Shown here: positions 14,641-28,700 of the stretch, piece by piece
Position numbering within the stretch: the stretch's first letter is position 1
Layout: every line of letters begins with the position of its first letter
NCBI RefSeq assembly: GCF_036321535.1
Contig: NC_087437.1
Location: 40,302,001 to 40,366,000, forward strand
Length of the DNA: 64,000 nucleotides
Direction of reading: 5' to 3'
Source of the DNA: Camelus dromedarius
Lineage: Eukaryota
Program-made: the position numbers and the translations under genes
Notes under the pieces: generated by a model
Seen by the model: only the letters and a program-made list of their open reading frames with translations
Told to the model about the DNA's origin: nothing
Databases searched by the model: none

Positions 14641-16099
14641 CTAAAGCTCTTCTGAAGAAGAAGGTGGTAGAGCAGTAGAGTATGAGTCATTGACCACAAA
14701 GGATTTTTGTTCCCCATTACATCCCTGGCATTTTGCATACGGTGGGCACTCAACATCTATTAAATGCGATAGCATTTTTATTTATAAACCAGCTTTCCTA
14801 TGAAAAGAATCCAATGAATAAAACAGTACAAAACACATCCATCAACATTTTGGATGGGGAGAAGGACTGAAGGAAATAAAGACATTGCATATCCTGTGTT
14901 ATGTTTTGGGTTAATTGGTACAAATCATTTTTTTTCTCACCCACTCTCTGACAACACACACCCTAATTATAGATTATAAAAAGAGAAAGGAACTAAATGA
15001 CTTACTTATTCTGTCCCCTGAGTGCAGAATTGCATAGTCCAAAAGAAGAACTTTGGCTATCTTACTTTGTAAAAGAATAGGCATCAAATAGGTATGCCAC
15101 TATTTGCCTTAATTGCATATTTAATTGCTATTAGGTTATATTTACAATATGGGAAACTTGGTTTTTAAATTATATAATAAATGCTCATCATAACATTAAG
15201 TGAAAAAAAAGACTACCATATTACTTATGCAATATGATCTCAATTGGGAGGGAAGAGGGAAACATAAACACACACACACAAAGTAGGAATAAATAGTAGA
15301 AGAAAATAAACTAAAATGGTAACAGATCTCTGGGCGGTGGCATTAAGGATTCTTACTTTCTTCATCTTACTTTCTTGTATTTTCCGAATTTTCTACCGTT
15401 TAAAATGCTTTAAAATCTCCATAAAGTCATGACAATTTCTATGTAAAAACACTGGCAATTTAAAGCCATTCTCTTTGCTCTAAGTAGCTCTACAATGACA
15501 ATGGTTAACTAGAAGTACCCTGCAGTCTTTTTCATTCCAACTCTTAGAATATTTCTCCTATTCGTCTTATTAGTTACTTGCACTTCCCTGGGTTCTGTCT
15601 CTTGGATTCTAAAGGCGCATTTTGAGAAACAACGTGGAAAATGGAATGGGGAATCTAAAGTGTGTTTCAGATGAGCTCGACTATCACCTACATTGTACAG
15701 GGAAAGATAATTGGCTTAGGTCTCAGCTGTGCCTTCTACCAACTGTGGAGCCTTGGTTAAATTAGTTCACATCGCTGCATCCCAGTTGTCTCAGTTTTTC
15801 CATCTTTAAAATGGAGTTAGAAAAATTCACACGTGGATAGGGCAGGACTCATTGGCAGGATAGCAAGTGCCACACTCAGAGACGTCTAGAACACCATAGG
15901 TCTCAGTAAATCCTCTGTGAAAGGCTCCACCCTAAGTGTACTCCGAGGGGTGGGGCCCCAGGAATCTGTATTTCAGTAGCTTCCCAGGTGATTCAGATGC
16001 CCAGTCAGGCTTGAGAACAAGGACTCTTTCCAGCTCTCCTGTTCTTTGATCCACTTCTCAACTTTCTTTTGTCCCAGAGATTTCCAGTTCCCGCAGTAA

Positions 16100-16760
16100 A
16101 AGGAGCCGTGGAAAGTTGGGAGAGAAGACGCCGCCAAGGCCCGCCGGCCTGCCTGGGTACCGGCCTCTCGCCGGCCTCCCTCCTCCCCCGGTGCCAGCAG
16201 CCAGGTTACATAACGGGCCACGCGACGCGCTCTCGCGAGGTTTCCACCGCCCCCTACTCGCTCCACGTCAGAGGGAACCGGGCGGAGCGGCCAACATGGC
16301 GGAACGCAGGCGACACAAGAAGCGGATTCAGGTAGCAAAGCCGAGCCTGGGGTAGGGGACTTAGGGCGCTCGGAAGTGAAAAAAGCAGGGGAAGCTCACG
16401 GGAAGGGCAAGCGAAATCGAGGGCGCTGTGGGGTGGGGTTCCGCCGCGAGGCCGCCGGTTGCGGGCTGCGTCGCTGTGAGGGGCCTGAGGGAGGGCTGTT
16501 CTGGCGACGGTGGAGACTAAGACGGAGGTGCTGGGGCAGCGGTGGAAGGCAGGAGGCGCCGCGCTCGGAATCCGCCGCGGAGGCGCGGCCGCCAGCCCTG
16601 GGTTCCGGTGGCGGCGCCGACCCCGGCCTCCGCTGGGAGGTCCGCGTCTTCAGCGCTCAGACACCGACCCTCCCGGGCTCCTCCCCTCCCTTCTTCGCCC
16701 CATCCTTTCTCCTTTGCTATCCCGAAATTAAGGCCGCGGTAATAGGTAGAAGGAGGCGGA
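16100..16760 (+). promoter_or_regulatory. CpG-island promoter of SEC62
   Basis: Abrupt GC- and CpG-rich block around the ATG in an otherwise AT-rich, CpG-poor window; GC boxes at 16247-16252 and 16280-16285; no TATA box seen. Confidence 0.9.
16296..16331 (+). CDS. SEC62: SEC62 coding exon 1 (MAERRRHKKRIQ)
   Basis: ccaacATGG Kozak context inside the CpG island; donor CAG|gtagca at 16332. Confidence 0.97.
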
Positions 16761-19700
16761 GGACTGACCTAAAGCTGCCTGTTCTTTGTGCGCAAATAGA
16801 AGGAGGAGGGGGAGTGATTTGTGTTTGGTCAGCTGCCCCGGGGGCCCAGACGGCGATCTGCCTATCCAGATGTTCGGTTGCGTGTACCCTCCTTTCTCTT
16901 CAGGGTTAGTTGAGTCCAGTTGAAGACTTCTGGCTTTCTTTCAGGCGACACAGTGTAAATAAACACAGCCCCGTTGGTACTGTAACGAGCGAGTCGCGCC
17001 CAGAAACCTTTCATCTGCCAGTGTGTCATCCTCATAACCTACATAGCATCCCTCATTCCACATGCATGTCATCTCTGTATTTCTTTCCTGCAATTTTCCT
17101 CCTGTTGTTTTTCTCTCTGCCAACAGGATTAAATATATGGAATTTCAGGGTGTTTAGTCTCATTATTAGCTCCTGTGCCTAGAAACCTTCGTATATCATC
17201 ATAAATTGATAGCATGTTATAAATTGTTAATATACCTAGTCACAAATTGTTACACTCATCATTGTCTTTCTGTTCCTTATTGTTTCATTGCTTAGAATGA
17301 CTTCCTGTCTAATGTCTTATTCCCCATTAAAAAAAAAAAGTTTATCATTTAACTGGCATTCACCACAGGTGTTTTAAGCTATGCAAGTTAAAATTCTCCT
17401 GAAAACTTTGAAGTACTAGGGGAAAAAAGATGCCAGTGATCAGTAAATTTGGAATTTTGAAATTGGGCAGAAATAGTTTCAAAAAGAGTGCAGAAGGGGA
17501 TCAGAAAGAGACAAATTCCCCCAAGTTCAGACATGTCATAAACCAAGGCATAAGGTTATTATGGAAGAAGTTTCTAGTTGTACTATTCCTAGTCTTTCAA
17601 AGTTTAGTGTTATTGGTCAGGTATGGATACATAATAGTTTTATTAGGATTTGTATTGAGTTGTCAGATTAGTACTTACTGGACTTATGTTTACATGCATG
17701 GTACATTTTTTGGCCTTAAAAAAACAGTTTTTACAGTGTCAGCTGCATTTAATATTGTAAAGGTGATCCTAATTCACTTTGAATAGCTGCTGTATTTCAG
17801 TTGTGATCGCGTTTTGAGCAGAAACATAGATTAAGACCCTGTATAGTAGTGGTAATGACTGGGAACTAAAAGTTGAGCCAGACTGTGCCTGTTTATACCC
17901 CAGTTTCAATGATTAGTAGCTGTGTAACTTTGGACAAGTTTACTTTTTCCCTCAATTTCTGTAAGAAGGAATATTTACCTTAAAAAAAAAAAAAGACACT
18001 GATAGGGTTGTTGTGAAAAAAATAGATAAGTCAGTGACTTGTTATTAAAGGTTGTAAAAGCTATTAAAAGAGTGCTTGGCATATAACTCATTCCTCTCCC
18101 TCCCCAAGGATGAAGACTTTAGGATGACTTGTTTTGGTTTTTGTTGAGTACTCTGATATGCTGAAGAAAGATTAACAGTTATCTATTCAGTAAATAAACC
18201 TTTGAGTTGTGAGTTCCATAAAGAATAGCTGTTTACTTACTATTGTTTAGTTGGGGATCAGATAAATATGTAGGATCTGATCGTAAAAAATCAGGTTGGT
18301 ATACTGCTAAGTGAAAATAACGTTTTTCACATCCTCTAAGTTTTCTACATAGCACAGCTATGTAGAATGTTGTGGAGATCTTGGGAGTGCTACTTGGAGT
18401 ACTACTATGCAGTCTTCACGAATTAATAAAAATATACAATATCTTATAAAACTTCTTGGGTTTTTTTCCTCCAGAGAATCAGAAACACTGTAATATTGAC
18501 ATTACTTTAAACAAAAAGACCAAATGTAATGACCAAGTTAAGAGTTGAAGTTACAGAAAAGATTCTATCATAAGACTTTTTGAGCAAAACAGTCTGTAAT
18601 ATCAACTCAGTTTCCTGTTGTTTGTTACTTAATATTGTCATGTTGAGAAAAGATTTTTATGTTTACCTGTTAAGATTTAGTGACCTTGAATTATAATTTG
18701 TATATTGGGGGAAATGATTGATACAAACAAGTTCAGAGTTTTAAGAAGTAGTTAATTTGTATGCGTTTTCTAGTGTAGCCTAATTTTAGATTCTGGTATC
18801 CCATCAAAGTTGAAAGCAAGAGGACTATTTTGTCACATTTCCTTCTTGGACTCACTTTACTGGTCACTAAAAACCAGAAGTGAGCTATGTGTTCATTGAC
18901 ATTATATTGGGGAGTTTTCATGATTGAGATTCTCAAGTGAGATTGATCTCAATTCAAATTAATAAAACATTTGAAAATAAGTAGTTGTAAGTTATCTAAG
19001 CTTTTAAGAACATACAATAAGTGCCTATAGATTAACAAAGTGCTACTTACTAGAAAGGTTAATTTAGAATGCTAGTACCATGACATTTTAGAGCCGAAAA
19101 GGATTTTCAAATAGTAGGGTTTTCGGAATCTTTTTGCACAAATGCAGTTCTTAGGTAAAAGCAGGGTGGTGGGCCCAAAGCCTTATCACCTCACTACCCC
19201 AATACCATTATCCTTCATCCTTTAAGCTACTTTTAGGACCTACATCTGAAAGTATTACTAGGTACAAAACTTAATGATCTAAACCATTACACCCATTTTA
19301 CAGAAACACTAAGGTTTACTGAGGTTATGTGGCTTGACCCAGGGTCACTCATCAAGATAGTAAAACTAGATTTAGGCCAGGTCTTCTAATTCCAGTTGAA
19401 TGTTCATTCCACTGTGCCACTGATAAAATAAAAAATAAAAATAAATTGTTCTGAAATACTTAAATCTTGAAATCTTTATATTAAATTGATAACAAAGACT
19501 TAACATGACTTGTCCCTGTTAAAGAGACAACCATCCCATTTAGTATTCTGCTTATGTGTAAAGTATCTCGTTGAATTTTGGGACATTTAAATGGCTTACT
19601 CATTCTTAAAAATTCTATAATACCTACATCTCAGTTAAACTCCCTCCAGGGGCTTAATAGAAGGCTTAAATAGGAATGGGGAGGAGGGGAGGAATTATAG

Positions 19701-22700
19701 AAGGACACTGCCAAAGTCAAGATACAGAGACTATTTTGTAAAGCTTTATTAGTAACATATTGTGGCTTTAAGTAAAAGATTTATCTAAGGTCTCTGCTTT
19801 CAGATTTTAATGTGTTAACCTATTTGCATACATTTTCACAAATATTGTATACTGCTTGTATAAAGATACAAATTAACAATTGGCGAACTAATCTTTTGCT
19901 CAAATCACTCAACAAGCTTATTTATCACTAAGCTTATTTCATTGAGTACAGCAATTTAAAAAAAAATTCTAGTCATTTTAGGGGTGGGAAGACAGGGAAA
20001 AATATTCTAAGTCAAAAATTCTGTAAGATTGAAGCCTATGGCTTACTGACTCTTGGTCTAATTTCTTTTCTCAAAAAGTTATCTTAAGTACTGGCTAGTA
20101 CATAGTTACAAATGGCAACCTCAATTTCATAATAATATTTGAATGTTGATACGTTCTAAAATAAAAAATAGTATTTGTTAAATAATTTTTAAAGAATATT
20201 CTAATCGAACTTCCGGTTATTGTAATTTTGTGAGTTGAGGCAGCCGGCCTCTTACTTGGGTGGGATTGGCAGTCCAGCCTCAAAATTTACTGGTTCTTCG
20301 CTTCCTCATTCTAAGATATTTGAGCTCATCCATTGAGCTAAAAAATTCTCTTCATTTGAGGGTTCATGAGCTGATTTCTCTTTATTGGTGGGTGATGCTA
20401 TTCTCAAAAGGCCTTCACTTTTTCTTTGAAGGTTTCTAGGAAAGTTATGAAAATATTCTGAAGATTTGTTTTCATCAAAAGGGAACAAACAGGGGAGGTA
20501 CTATAGTCTAACGTATAAACAGGAAGAGGGTAAGACTGTTTTATACTCTCTTTAGCCAGCAGCAGGGGAGCAGTGAGAATGAAGACTCCACGACAGGAGC
20601 TTCTATCTTACTAGCTTCCCAGGGTCATGTTGTTTTGGTACTCTTCTGTAGCAGTCTTTTCCTGACTTCAAAGCCCCAGCAGATGGCACAAATCCTATGC
20701 TGTTAAGGCAGTCTACAATATGTATAACTTATATGTGGTGTAATGAACATTTCCTAGTATTTCACAGAAGGTAATAGAAGTTTTTTAAGGATTTGAACAT
20801 GAAGAAGGAGCAAGGAAGGTTATCCGTTCCATTATACCAGTATCTTGATAGAATTCACTTCTTTTCTGGTCACACATTTAAGGGAAGTTACTGATACTTT
20901 AAGAAAGTATCAATGAATAAGTAACTGTGTCTGATTGGGAGAGTTTATCCAAGTCCATGCTTTCTGGGTCTAATCTTAGTAGTGCCTTTACCAAGGAGGG
21001 AAATGGAATCAAAATAGAATTCTTGAGTGTGTTTTTGCAGTTGTGGAAAAGAGTTTGGTTAACTTGAAGTTAATTGTTAAAGTGAGGTTTTAAAATGTTG
21101 TGGATTCACATAGTATCAGGTTCCCTATTGTGTAATAGTAGAACGAACTTTTCAGTTCCTTGTGTATTCTAGTAGCAGATTTTACCTGTGATGCCTCTGT
21201 CAACAGTCAGTAGATTAGTACCAGTATGCTTGTGTTCAGTAAATGGTTTGAATGTTGTATGAGTGTAGATTTTTCATGCCTAAAGTTGAAGTGGTTGTTT
21301 TTCCCTCAGAATCACCTTCCTCCCAAATTTGTTTTTGAAAAAATATCCTTTCACTTGATGAAATGAGGAATCTGACATCTTTTACTCAGTCATTTCATTC
21401 ATCCTTCATCATTGAGTCCTATCTGTTCTACATTTGAAATGTTTCAGATATCACAATCCTTCCATTCCTAGTCTAGTATCACAGCACATCTTACTTGAAT
21501 ACTAACTAGTTTCCCTGCTTTGTGTATTATTTTCCCAATTCAGTCTTCATGCAGTCTCCAAAATAATGTGTCTACGTCATTTTTTTCTAATTATTACCTC
21601 CTTCTGTTCAAAAACTACTAATGGTCTTTCTACAACTTACAGGGTAAATTTGAAATTTCTCAGATTGCCTTGAAGACCATTTACCTCTATTCTACTTATG
21701 CATACTTAACTCACAGTACTTCCTAATCTATCTCGACTGGAGCCAAATTTTGTGCTCATGTTCAGCCATTTTTATGCTTTTCAATCAGCTTATTCCATAT
21801 TTGTATGTCTTTCAAAATCAAGGTCCCTCTTCCAAGAGGTCTTTCATAGCTGTTCTCATCCACGCTGATAATCCTGCTCCTTTTGTACTCCTAAAATACT
21901 TTTTCTACCACTCATTTTGGAAAATAACAATTGCTGTTTTGGGTAATTGTAACAAAGTGTAGATATCATGACTTAACAAATTTTTTATCTTAACTATAGC
22001 ACCCAAAGATATTATAGGGTAAACCCTCAGTAAGTATATATTTGAACAGTTTATGTTTATTGAGACTTCTCCCCCACAATCATTTTTATCAAGCAAATCC
22101 CTGTAACAAGTTATCAGTTAATTAGATAAACCTTTAAGTTGACAACAGATGTATCAGCTGAGGTGAAAACAACATATATGGATGTGATTAAAATAGAATT
22201 GTTAATTATAGTATCTCATTATTTCCAACTATTTATATATTATTACTTTTTCACTGTACCATGAATATGTAGGATATTATTTCTAATAGTTGAAGCTCCT
22301 AGAAATGCAGTGTATTATACAAGCATAATTAAATGCTACCATTTAACATATACTAACATATGTTAATATATTTCAACGTGATTTCAAAAACAAATACAGA
22401 ATTTTTACTTTTTGGTTTGTCAGAAACTGTATTTCATGACTAGGCCCCAGATTAAATAATTATGAACATTGTAGATGTTACTAAACTTGGAGTGCTAAAT
22501 TTTGAATTTGTAATTTTTTTAAGATTCTATTTTTCTGTGGTATATATTTATATATATAAAACTGAAGTTATTTTATTCACAAAAATATTTGGGTTTTACA
22601 ATAGTCTTCATTTGGAGTGAATGGTTTGGGCTTGTAACTTTTATTTTCATACACAGTAATGCACAAGTGGGGTAGTAGTAGATAGAAGAATGTTAATTGC

Positions 22701-25700
22701 TCAGTTAATTGAGCTACTGGAAGCAGAGGAGTTGGAAAGTACAAAGGAAGAAATAGCTCAGTAGCTGCCAGGTGACCCAATAATCAAAGCACAGACTTTC
22801 ACTTCATCTCACAGATTTCTATTCCTCTTCAAGATAAAATTAAAGTTGAAATCTTGGTTTGTTAATTGTTTCTTAATTTCAACAAACATAACTGAATTCA
22901 GACTTAACCTGAAATTTGTTGGGAAACTGATAATGTACTTTTCCTATTTGTGTTATTAGACTGTCTTCCCTGAAACAGAACTGTCTTTAGCATTAACTGT
23001 TCTCAGCAGCTTAGATTCTTGACAGAAAATTATTATTATTTGCCACTTTGTCTTAAGAAATAAACCTTTTTGAAATCATTCACATTTAAATTGCATAGTG
23101 GTAGAAATATTGCTTGAATGCTCTATGTATTGTGATTAAACATGTAATTAAAAACAATACTTGTATTTCAATAGCTTCAGCAATAAAACAACTTCTAAAA
23201 GTATATATATATGATATATGCAAATGTAGACTGCCTTCATTTTCTTCAGTATATGGGTGGGGAGAATAAGTACATAAGAGGAATTGTCAAATTATAGCAG
23301 TTCGTTCAGAATGTAAGGAAATAAAAGCAAGATGAGGAATGATAAACAATTTAGGTGGTAGAAAATTTGGCAGAAGGGATGGAAGAAAGAAAACAGGGAA
23401 GGATTAAAGCAACCTTTCCAAAACTGTGCACTTCCATTAATCAATTCTTAAATGAGATTGTAATTTGTCTGTCTGTTGCTTTTTGGGGGGAGGGGAAGAA
23501 AAGAAGAAAACAAGATGAGAAAGGAGTCTCAGACAGCATCTAGAATCTGCAGCTGCAAGGGGAAAGGGAAGAAAATGCAAATGTTCAGCATCTCAGCTAG
23601 TAGCTCATGTTTGGGATGACACTGGGACAACTATCTGGTTAACTTGAGAACTCCTACGAACTGTTGTTCATTGTGCAGGGTACGTAGCTTTGGCTGTTGT
23701 TTAACATTTATTTATGGCACCTGTTTCTCCTTACTTTGACATCTGGGCACTCATTATTGGCAACCTCTTAATCTTTTGAATTATTGCTTTATGGCTTTTA
23801 AAAAGAGACCAGGCAAGAGTAAAGGTTAACTGATACAAAGAAGTTACCCTATGGGAAAAAAAAAAACTCAAAATGAACGCCTTGTAGTTGAGGCCACGAG
23901 GCAGAAAAGTTTTGGCCCTGTCAACGTGTATTTGAAAAATGTGTGATTTTAAAATCTCCATTCTGTCTTCTGTATATATTACCAGGTGTGCTCCCAAAAA
24001 AGCTTGAAAGAAAGGCCTATAATGCATTTTAAAAGATTTTCAGAACAGATCTGTAAATTATTCTTCATTGTATGAATTTCTCAGGTAAATGATTACATTA
24101 AATTAATATTCTTTGCAGGAAGTTGGTGAACCGTCTAAAGAAGAGAAGGCTGTAGCCAAGTTTCTTCGATTCAATTGTCCAACAAAGTCCACCAATATGA
24201 TGGGTCACCGGGTTGATTATTTTATTGGTAGGATTACATCAATAAAATTATATTAGTGTTTGTATCTTATGAAGATACCTAATTTGGGGATATGTAGATG
24301 TTCTAAAAGTGCTTTCCAGGAGTGATTGGTGAAGTTGGGTGATGAGCATATGGTAATTGATTATACTATTCTTTCCTTTTATTATTGAAAATGTCAATAA
24401 TTTTTTAAAAAGTGCTTTTTAATAATATTTGTTGGAAGTTTTTAAAGTAGGATTTATTTTCAGTATTAATACTAACTTTTCTTTAGATAGTATATGTACT
24501 TAAAGATAATCTTTTTGTAAAACTCTGTTGTAGAATTCAGTATGAAACAAGTCTGTTGAAATCAACTTGAGAGCTTTTTTCTTCACATAATCCAAACAAC
24601 TTATTTATAAGCTAATGTCATCTATAATATTGCCCCATAGCTTTTAAGTAGTTGTTGTATTTGCCTGTCTGATAAATTAAGATTGAATTACCATTAGAAA
24701 GAAGAAATTCCTTTGTCTTCTCTTTAGTTTATGATTAATGATTTGTCATTCATTAAAAGTTTAAAAAAACAGACATGCTTTTCTTTTCAGATTTCATATG
24801 TTTAGCTTCTTCTAGTGACAGCAGTAGATTGTTCATAGAGCTTATTCCTTGGTGGGTAACAGTAAAGCTTGATGACAGAATTTTTATTACTGTGGTAGAG
24901 GAGGGTTTTTGGTTTGTTTATCCTATATTATGATTATTTGGTAAGAGTGATATTTTGAATTTTTTTGTTTAGAGCTTTTCCTCATTAATTTATCTTGCTT
25001 TAGTTAATATATGTCATTTATTTCCTAGCATTACTTAAAGATGCTTATCAGTATGTTTCACAAATTGAGGTTTTGAGGAACTGTTTACCATGATTGTGTC
25101 AGACTTAAATTTTCTGTTGAGCTTGGTTTTATTTTCTGATGCCAGAATGTTGAAACTTGCTTTGTAAAATATTTAGATAGACATAAATTCCTCTGTATAC
25201 TTAATTTAAAATAATGAATTTCTTCTTTAGCTTCAAAAGCAGTGGATTGCCTTTTGGATTCAAAGTGGGCAAAGGCCAAGAAAGGAGAGGAAGCTTTATT
25301 TACAACGAGGGAGTCTGTGGTTGACTACTGCAACAGGTAGTTTTAATTTCTTGGTGAAGAATAGTGTAAATAGTAATTTAAAAATATTCTCCTTGGCTCT
25401 GAAGCTCCTTGCCTCTTTCATCATTAAGTGTAGTGATATTACAGCATAGTTCAAGCTTAGCTTTTACATAATAACCTGGATTTCTTCAGTAGCTCTGGAA
25501 ATGCATTTATTTGGTGTGAGACTACCATATTTTTATAATTTTTATTCCATTATATTTGTACATTTGCCAGATTGACTGAACAAGGGGTCAGCAATAAATC
25601 ACACACTAGTGCCTATCGTGAACAAACAGTCCTTTCTTTTTTACAGCAAACGTTTGGGGAATCTTTTCTAAAACTTTGTAAGGGACTCCTAATAGACCTG

Positions 25701-28700
25701 TTGTCCCTGTTTTGTTTTGTTTTTTAGTGCCTGCACAGTAAGCCATTAGCCAGATTACCTTTCCCTATTTTGTTTATGATTGCTAATGTACTCCTTGTAA
25801 AATGAAGGCAACTGCAACATCTTCCTTTTCTTGATTCCAAAATGAAATATAGACAGTTCAATAACATAGCCATGTTTTTTATAATAAGTACTTCTCCTTT
25901 GGGAAAAACTTTTCGTGGTGAATGGTGTACAAAAGTCACTTTTCTCTTGAAAAGAAGTATGCTGGGTTTTTGTTTTTGTTTTTTCCCCAATTTTTCCCTT
26001 GGTTTATTTACTACCAAGCATATTTATTGAGATGTTAGTAAATCAAATTTTGTTTTTGTGACAGTAAATTTTATAAATGATGGGAATTTGACATTTTAGA
26101 CTATTTTATATGTTTAATAGGGAGCTACACATAGCATTTACTAACATATTGTTTAATGGCATTTAAATTATCAGCTACATGAGACCCCTCTTAAAATTCA
26201 CTCTCTCACAAAAGCTGTAAAGTTAGAGAATTATTAAATATTTCTTTAAATTCTTAGCTGCCAAAAACTAGTCACTAATGACCTTTCAGAGACAATGAAA
26301 ATTTCATTGTTGATGCAGGGGTTAGCTAACAATGGTGCCGTCAGTATTGCCCTTTACGGCCATTTGTGTATTGAAACTCCAAAGTGCAAATTTCCCTGCC
26401 TGCCTCAAAATAGACTTACTTTTTATATATAGTTTAAAAATTAAGAGATGCTATAAATGCAGAAAAAAGTTAAATAACTTACCCAAGGTAGTACAACTAG
26501 TAAGTGGCTGAGCCAGAATTCTAAACCCAACCATCTGGCTCCATGGTCCATGCTCTTAACCACTGCACTGTACTGTCTCCTCCAAGAAAATGATCATTCA
26601 TTTAATGAACCAAAAATTAGGATGAAGGATTCACTTCTTAATACTATTTAAATGTTAAATCTGTGAGCCTAATCTCTGAGGAGAGCTGCCAGTATTAATC
26701 TACATCACTTGACCTTTTAGAAAACTTGGTATCTTGTTATACGGAAAACCCAAAAAATCTCAGTACAGAGATTATCCTAGAGATACATTTAATTTTCATT
26801 GTATATGTTATTCCCATTCATATCAGGTTGTGTCCTTCCCACACTAAGACAGAGAAGCATAAGTACATCAGTTTTTCAAAGCCACTTTTAATAACAACCA
26901 TGGAGACCCTATGATGGCCAGCCCAAATGGGTTCCTTCCTGCCTGACTCCAGGCAAAACCACAAAGAGACACTTGTCCTGCCTTATTTTCTGAAGTGGGC
27001 TTGAGGGAGTCTGAGGAAAAATGAAAGAAAATAGGAAACTGTAGGATGACACACAAAATCTTTTCTAATATGCTCTATGCCTCTTTATGGCCTATTTCAA
27101 GTACAGACTCTTCAACCTTTTATCTCGCATCATCCTAACCCTCCATGTGACTTTACATCTCCAGCCCCCCAGTCCAGTAATATCCTTCTCACTCTCATTC
27201 ATATACCACACTCATTCTCTTGTGGTCTTTCTTTGATAATAACTTGCCACTTTCCCCAAAGGGTTCTTCCTCTATCCTGTCTGCCTCTCTATAAAAATAT
27301 CCCTCAAGTTCTCCATGTCTACCACTTAGTATTCCCTGGATCCTCTGGCGCTCGCATTAATCTTTATATCTAGTGTTCTACAGAGTTTATAAAGTTAGTA
27401 TCATACAATTTAGTCCTTAACTATTTAAATAGGGTTGTTGCATATGTGTTCATTTTTAAAAATTTCTTGCTAGCTAAATCTAAAGGCAATTGGAGGAGTG
27501 TTTTACACCTTACTGTAGTTCCACAGCAGTTAGCACAATGTGGGCATTTAATAAAACCTCACCATTGTCAGATAGGTGAAAGTCCTGAACACATGTCTGG
27601 CATTCAATAAATGTTTGTTAAACCTGTTAAAAAAAAAAGAGAGAAATGAGGGAAAATAAGCAATTTAATAACTTTTTACAAGCTGCTTTTGATCCATTTG
27701 TTTATCCCACAAGTATTTATCAAATACCTATCATATGCCAGGCGTCAGGAATACAAAGATGACTGTGACTTGGTTCTTGCCTCCAAAGCACATATTACAG
27801 TCTGTTAGAGAAGATTCATGACTAATTTGAATGCAGTGTGATCTGTAAGAAAGACAGAAATGGGGAAACTTCAAGAATGGCTTCACAGGGAATATGTTTT
27901 AATCAAATTTTGAAACATACATAGGTGATTACCCAGCAAACAGTGGGAGAATAGACATTAGATCCTGGCAGAGGGCACATACTGAGATAGGAAAGTGAGT
28001 AGTCTCTAAAATTGTTAGAGTTTATGTAGATGATTTATACTATACAGTGTGTTTAAAGCTAAATAGATGAAGGCAGTGATTTTATTACAATAGTAAATGT
28101 CATTTCATTTTTTGAGGCATAGAGTGAATTGAAAATAGACATCCTCTAAAGACCTATCAAGGAGTAAGTCAATGATTCTACTTATTACTGAATGGAATGA
28201 TTGTATAATGTAGTGATTTATAAAACCAAATGTGTTTGTGTGTGTGTTTTCCATAACTATTAAATGAAATTCAGGATTTTGCTATAGCAGTAGTAATGGC
28301 TAACATTGAGCACATACGTGCCAGGCACCATGCTAAACAATCTACATGCTTCTCATTTAGTCCTAGAAATCCCTATGAGATAGATACCGTTTTTAGAAAT
28401 AGAAAAATTAAGTAAGTTACCCAACACTACACGTCTAGTTAAGTGGTAGAGGTAATATTTGAACCCGTCTACCTGAATGAACTTCTCAATACCAATTTGA
28501 TTGGTTAATAGTCTTAACTTGTCTTTCATGAGGGTAGGGCAGCTGTGCAGGAGGAGTGACAGAAGCAGATGTTCCTGCTGATAAATGTGCCTTTCTGTAT
28601 CTTTTCATGAAAGAAAAATTTTTTTTTCTCCTGAAGTTCTATGGTTTATTTTTTTAATTATTTATTTCTTTATTAACATTTTTCCACTAAAATAAATTTG

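Noticed and set aside
1..15900. Exons of a neighbouring upstream gene (SAMD7 is adjacent in human, from memory)
   Set aside because: No recognisable coding exon was found, and the region is mostly repeats and AT-rich intergenic DNA. Non-coding exons cannot be excluded.
15973..16909. Several long GC-rich ORFs (e.g. 16376-16909 +, 15973-16338 -) around the promoter
   Set aside because: Stop-codon depletion in a CpG island explains them. They give Arg/Gly/Pro-rich sequence with no recognisable domain, and only 16296-16331 belongs to SEC62.
24061..24090. ctcag|gtaaat 34 nt upstream of exon 2 as a recursive splice site or alternative acceptor
   Set aside because: The pyrimidine tract is weak, the site is too close to the real acceptor for a residual intron, and its use would frameshift. 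There is no supporting evidence.
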